DNA of 64,000 nucleotides from Candidatus Altimarinota bacterium. GTDB taxonomy: Bacteria; Patescibacteriota; Gracilibacteria; UBA4473. The DNA is taken from contig JAHDHX010000007.1 of the NCBI GenBank assembly GCA_020631075.1, forward strand, positions 3,192 to 67,191. Direction: 5' to 3'. The notes beneath the pieces were generated by a model. The model was not told the DNA's origin. It ran no database searches and saw nothing but the letters and a program-made list of their open reading frames with translations. Position numbers and translations under genes: made by a program. Below, piece by piece: positions 61,052 to 64,000 of this stretch (position 1 is the first letter of the stretch; every line of letters begins with the position of its first letter).

Positions 61052-61154
61052 GGTTTAGTATCTCCCAAAGATATCAATTCCCCAACCCTTTCCCTGAAAC
61101 CTCACCTCCACTTGCCCCTCGCACACTCCCCTCACATTTGCTAGACTCCCCCCG

Positions 61155-61409
61155 ATGATTACCCTCACTCTTACTCCCGAGCTCGAAGCCAAGGCCGCCG
61201 CCCTCTCCCCCGACGGCACCGCCCAGTCCTACGTCGACTCACTGGTGCAGCAGTCTCTGGCCGCAGGGCTGACAGCCAACGGGTTCACCCCCGCAGAGGA
61301 AGACACCCTGCTGCAGCAAGCACAGTCACCCGCCGACGACGCGGTTATTTTTGACACCCCCAAAACCGCCACCCAATACTTGGAAACAGCTATGCAGATT
61401 GCCCGCTAA
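61155..61409 (+). CDS. hypothetical 84-aa protein
   Basis: Short ORF directly upstream of the truncated sugar-transferase gene. No motif was recognised. Confidence 0.3.
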   Translation: MITLTLTPELEAKAAALSPDGTAQSYVDSLVQQSLAAGLTANGFTPAEEDTLLQQAQSPADDAVIFDTPKTATQYLETAMQIAR

Positions 61410-61413
61410 CCCC

Positions 61414-62259
61414 ATGCCCAAACCCCTCCTCTGGCTCCGCACCGCCCAGATCGCCCTCGACGCAGGGCTGCTCTACGCCGCGTGGTTACTGGCCTACGGC
61501 CTGCGGGTGGGCTTTTTCTTCTCGACTGACTTCCCCTTTCCGCCCTACGCGGGCGCAGCGCTGCTGGGCACGGCGGCCACGGTGTTGACGTGGCTGTCAC
61601 TGGGTCGCTACTCGTTGCCGTTGGGGTCGTGGTGGCGGCGCGGGTGGCAGGTCGCCGTCGGGCTGGGGGCAGGGGTCGCCTTGGTCATCCTGCTCTACTA
61701 CTTCCAGCGCCAGCTCTTCTTCAGCCGCCTCCTGCTCCTCATGGTGCTGGGCGGGGCGGGGGTGCTGCTGGCCCTGTCCGAGTGGGCCCTGCGCTGGCTG
61801 GTCGCGCGGGCACGGGCCACGGGGCGCTACGGCCACCGCACGTTGGTGGTGGGGGCCAACCGCACGACCGAGTCCCTCCTACGGCAGATCTCCACCGACC
61901 CCCATTGCCTCCACCGCGTCATCGGGGTGATCGACCCCTACGGCGTCGCCCAGTCGGTCGCGGGGGCGCCCCTACTGGGCAAGCTCAACCAGCTCGAATC
62001 CGCCGTGTCCCAGCACCGCGTCACGTCCATCGTCCAGACAGATGGGTTTGAGCACACCCTCAGCCTCATCGGCCTCTGCCAGCAGCACGACCTCAAGTAC
62101 CAGTTCGTCCCCGCCCTCCGCGGCGTCCCAGATGACAACATCCGCATCCGCAAGCTCGCCTATACCCCAGTCATCAGCTTCGTCGAGCGCACCGACGGCC
62201 GCCGCGGGTGGTACCGCCTGGTCGACTGGGCCCTGCGTGACGTGCTGGGCGTCGACTAG
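61414..62259 (+). pseudogene. truncated polyprenyl glycosylphosphotransferase (WbaP/EpsB-type): N-terminal TM + CoA-binding-like region only
   Basis: ..LRTAQIALDAGLLYAAWLLAYGLR.., 4 TM helices, and ..RTLVVGANRTTESLLRQI..RVIGVID.. match the N-terminal two-thirds of this family. The ORF stops at ..WYRLVDWALRDVLGVD*, where the catalytic bacterial sugar transferase domain (KR.fD...) should begin. Confidence 0.55.
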
Positions 62260-62276
62260 TTTTTTTCTTACATTTC

Positions 62277-62861
62277 ATGAAAAAATTACTCTCTATCCTT
62301 CTGAAGCTCTTCGCAGCCGTGTTCACCCTGTTTGGCCTGCTGTTTGTGTGGGTCTTCGTGACCAAGATCCTCATCGCCCCCCAGACTATCGACTCACGGA
62401 TTGAGCAGATACACCAGGCCTATTGTGCTGGTGATTGGGCACAATTTGACCAGTACCGCACAGACATGTACCGCGCGGCTGTGCCGTTGGCAGAGGTCAA
62501 GTCTGCGCTGCAGACCGTAGAGTGTGACTCAGCTCATCCGCTGACCACTGCCCACACAGGCGTCTTTTCTGACGAAGACACCGCTCTGGGTTTGGCCCAC
62601 CGCGTCCCCGCGACGACCACGGGCACCGACCTCGGTCAACACATGGCAACCCATCCCGCCCTCGGCCTTCACCTCACCACTGGGGGGCTGCTTACTCCAT
62701 GGCGGTGGCAGGTATCTTTCGCTTCCCCCACCACCAGCGTTGACCCGCACAACGTCACGTTTCACACACCGTGTGTGTGGTTGTCCGAGGGCAAATTAAA
62801 GCATTACCGCCATAGAAACAGTGTGGAGCGAGGCTGTGACCTCAATCTTGCAACGCAGTAA
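62277..62861 (+). CDS. hypothetical N-terminally anchored protein
   Basis: Signal-anchor MKKLLSILLKLFAAVFTLFGLLFVWVFV. No motif was recognised. Confidence 0.45.
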   Translation: MKKLLSILLKLFAAVFTLFGLLFVWVFVTKILIAPQTIDSRIEQIHQAYCAGDWAQFDQYRTDMYRAAVPLAEVKSALQTVECDSAHPLTTAHTGVFSDEDTALGLAHRVPATTTGTDLGQHMATHPALGLHLTTGGLLTPWRWQVSFASPTTSVDPHNVTFHTPCVWLSEGKLKHYRHRNSVERGCDLNLATQ

Positions 62862-62867
62862 AGAGGC

Positions 62868-63481
62868 AATCACTTCCGAGCTATTGCATTTCCCCCAGCG
62901 ACAAAAGACCCCCAGCGAATGCGGAAGGATGCGCCGATGGAGCCTGAGCGGAATCAAGCCCCCTGAAGCATTCAAGATGTCTGTATGTCTGAACATCAGA
63001 ACGAGTCGCTCTGTTTGTGATAATTACAGACTCGTGAGGAAAGAGCAGCGGTGATTGAGCCAGTCGGGAGCGATGAGCGACCCACGGCGAAATGACCCAG
63101 CGACGACCCCCCAGCAGTTTTGGTACTTTTGCTGTCAAAAGTACAAACACTGCCAGGGAATGAACCAAAGGTTGCCTCTTGCAGACATCCGAGGTGATCG
63201 CGTCACCTGGCTCATGGCATAGCGGTCGCGGAGGAAAGAGCAGCGGTAATTGAGCCAGTCAGGAGCGATGAGCGACCCACGGCGAAATGACCCAGCGACG
63301 ACCTGAAGCATTCAAGATGTCTGTATGTCTGAACATCCGAACGAGTCGCTCTGTCTGTGATAATTACAGACTCGTGAGGAAAGAGCAGCGGTGAGCGAAG
63401 CAGCAGGGAGCGACAGCGACCCGCGCGCAGCTCACCCAGCTGCGAGCGCTAGCGACCCGCGCGCAGCTCACCCAGCGACGA
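62868..63481 (+). repeat. array 4 of the X-Y-Z/H modular repeats
   Basis: A Z-tail fragment spans 62868-62913. Unit 4a spans 62914-63106 and the H module spans 63107-63183 (hairpin 63123-63144). Unit 4b spans 63184-63301 (Y2 + Z, no X). Unit 4c spans 63302-63481 and contains an internal tandem duplication of AGCGACCCGCGCGCAGCTCACCCAGC. Confidence 0.85.
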
Positions 63482-64000
63482 AGCTGCTCTCATCGCCCCC
63501 ACAAACACCCCCATCATTTCCGCCACCCGCGCCTCGGTGCGGCCCTGCACCCGCAGCGATATTTTCGGCGTCGTGTTCGAGCACCGAATGATCCCCCACT
63601 CACCGTCAGCCCAGTCTATGCGCACCCCATCGGTCAGGTTCGCCTGGGGGTACTGCGCGCCCAGGTCCGCCTGCACACGCTCCATCACGGCAAATTTCTC
63701 ATCGTCAGGCACAGGGAATTTCTCACTCCGCTGGACCATCTGCGGCCACTGAGTGGTCAGGCTGGGCAGCAGGTCAGGGTCCGCCTGGACCGCCGACACC
63801 CAGCGGATCACCGCCAGCATGGCGTCATCATACCCATAATACTCCTCCCCAAACATAAAGTGCCCCGACTGCTCCCCCCCGAGGCGTATCCCATGCTGGT
63901 GCATCGCTTGCTCTATGTGCGAATGCCCCGTTTTCGACAGCAGCACCTCCGCCCCACGCGCCTCCGCATACGCCACATACGCCGCCGACATCATCAGGTC
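63449..64000 (-). CDS. phosphoglucomutase/phosphomannomutase family protein, C-terminal part (gene continues beyond the window)
   Basis: ..SKTGHSHIEQAM..RLGGEQSGHFMFGEEYYGYDDAMLA.. are the domain III/IV blocks. The frame stays open to position 64000. The last ~10 codons and the stop lie inside repeat array 4. Confidence 0.75.
   Translation of the reverse strand, partial: DLMMSAAYVAYAEARGAEVLLSKTGHSHIEQAMHQHGIRLGGEQSGHFMFGEEYYGYDDAMLAVIRWVSAVQADPDLLPSLTTQWPQMVQRSEKFPVPDDEKFAVMERVQADLGAQYPQANLTDGVRIDWADGEWGIIRCSNTTPKISLRVQGRTEARVAEMMGVFVGAMRAASSLGELRAGR

Noticed and set aside
1-64000. Alternative genetic code (UGA read as an amino acid, as in some candidate phyla)
   Set aside because: All conserved genes translate full-length with the standard code. 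Several end in TGA (for example the M23 peptidase, the 704-aa ORF and greA). No in-frame TGA interrupts recognisable domains.

Overview
64-kb stretch of a GC-rich, gene-dense bacterial chromosome, readable with the standard genetic code (TGA is used as a stop). All calls were made by eye from the sequence and the ORF translations. No database searches or calculations were run.

Backbone genes:
- lysS, a PrgI / VirB4-N-like pair, glycosyltransferases, and clpC preceded by a CIRCE-like operator.
- rdgB-rbfA and an oxidative pentose-phosphate operon (tal-gnd-zwf-pgl).
- A near-complete histidine operon: TrpR/YerC-like regulator, hisG-C-D, an IMPase-type hisN, a kinase-fold ORF, hisH, a GNAT::hisA fusion, hisF and hisIE. 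No hisB is present.
- miaA, topA, trmD, purC and greA.
- A TrmB regulator beside a radical-SAM / PLP-enzyme pair, a ParDE-like toxin-antitoxin pair, and a type IV pilin.
- M23 and M15 cell-wall peptidases, plus many lineage-specific secreted or membrane hypothetical proteins.

This content would fit a small-genome uncultivated lineage, but I cannot assign taxonomy.

Accessory layer:
- An IS30 element cuts an hsdM gene.
- There are visibly AT-rich one- or two-gene islands: a 704-aa ORF beside tRNA-Arg(CCT), a 620-aa + 108-aa pair, and a 163-aa cassette.
- There are two TA-flanked MITE-like families.

Most unusual observation: four intergenic loci (26.99-28.69, 52.04-52.48, 57.96-58.32 and 62.87-63.48 kb) are filled with one family of modular, hairpin-forming repeats (X-Y-Z units plus an H hairpin).
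- All copies lie in one orientation.
- Each array ends directly at, or overlaps, the stop codon of a minus-strand gene.
- Two stems show compensatory base changes between copies.

I consider this a candidate novel structured RNA or DNA element family.
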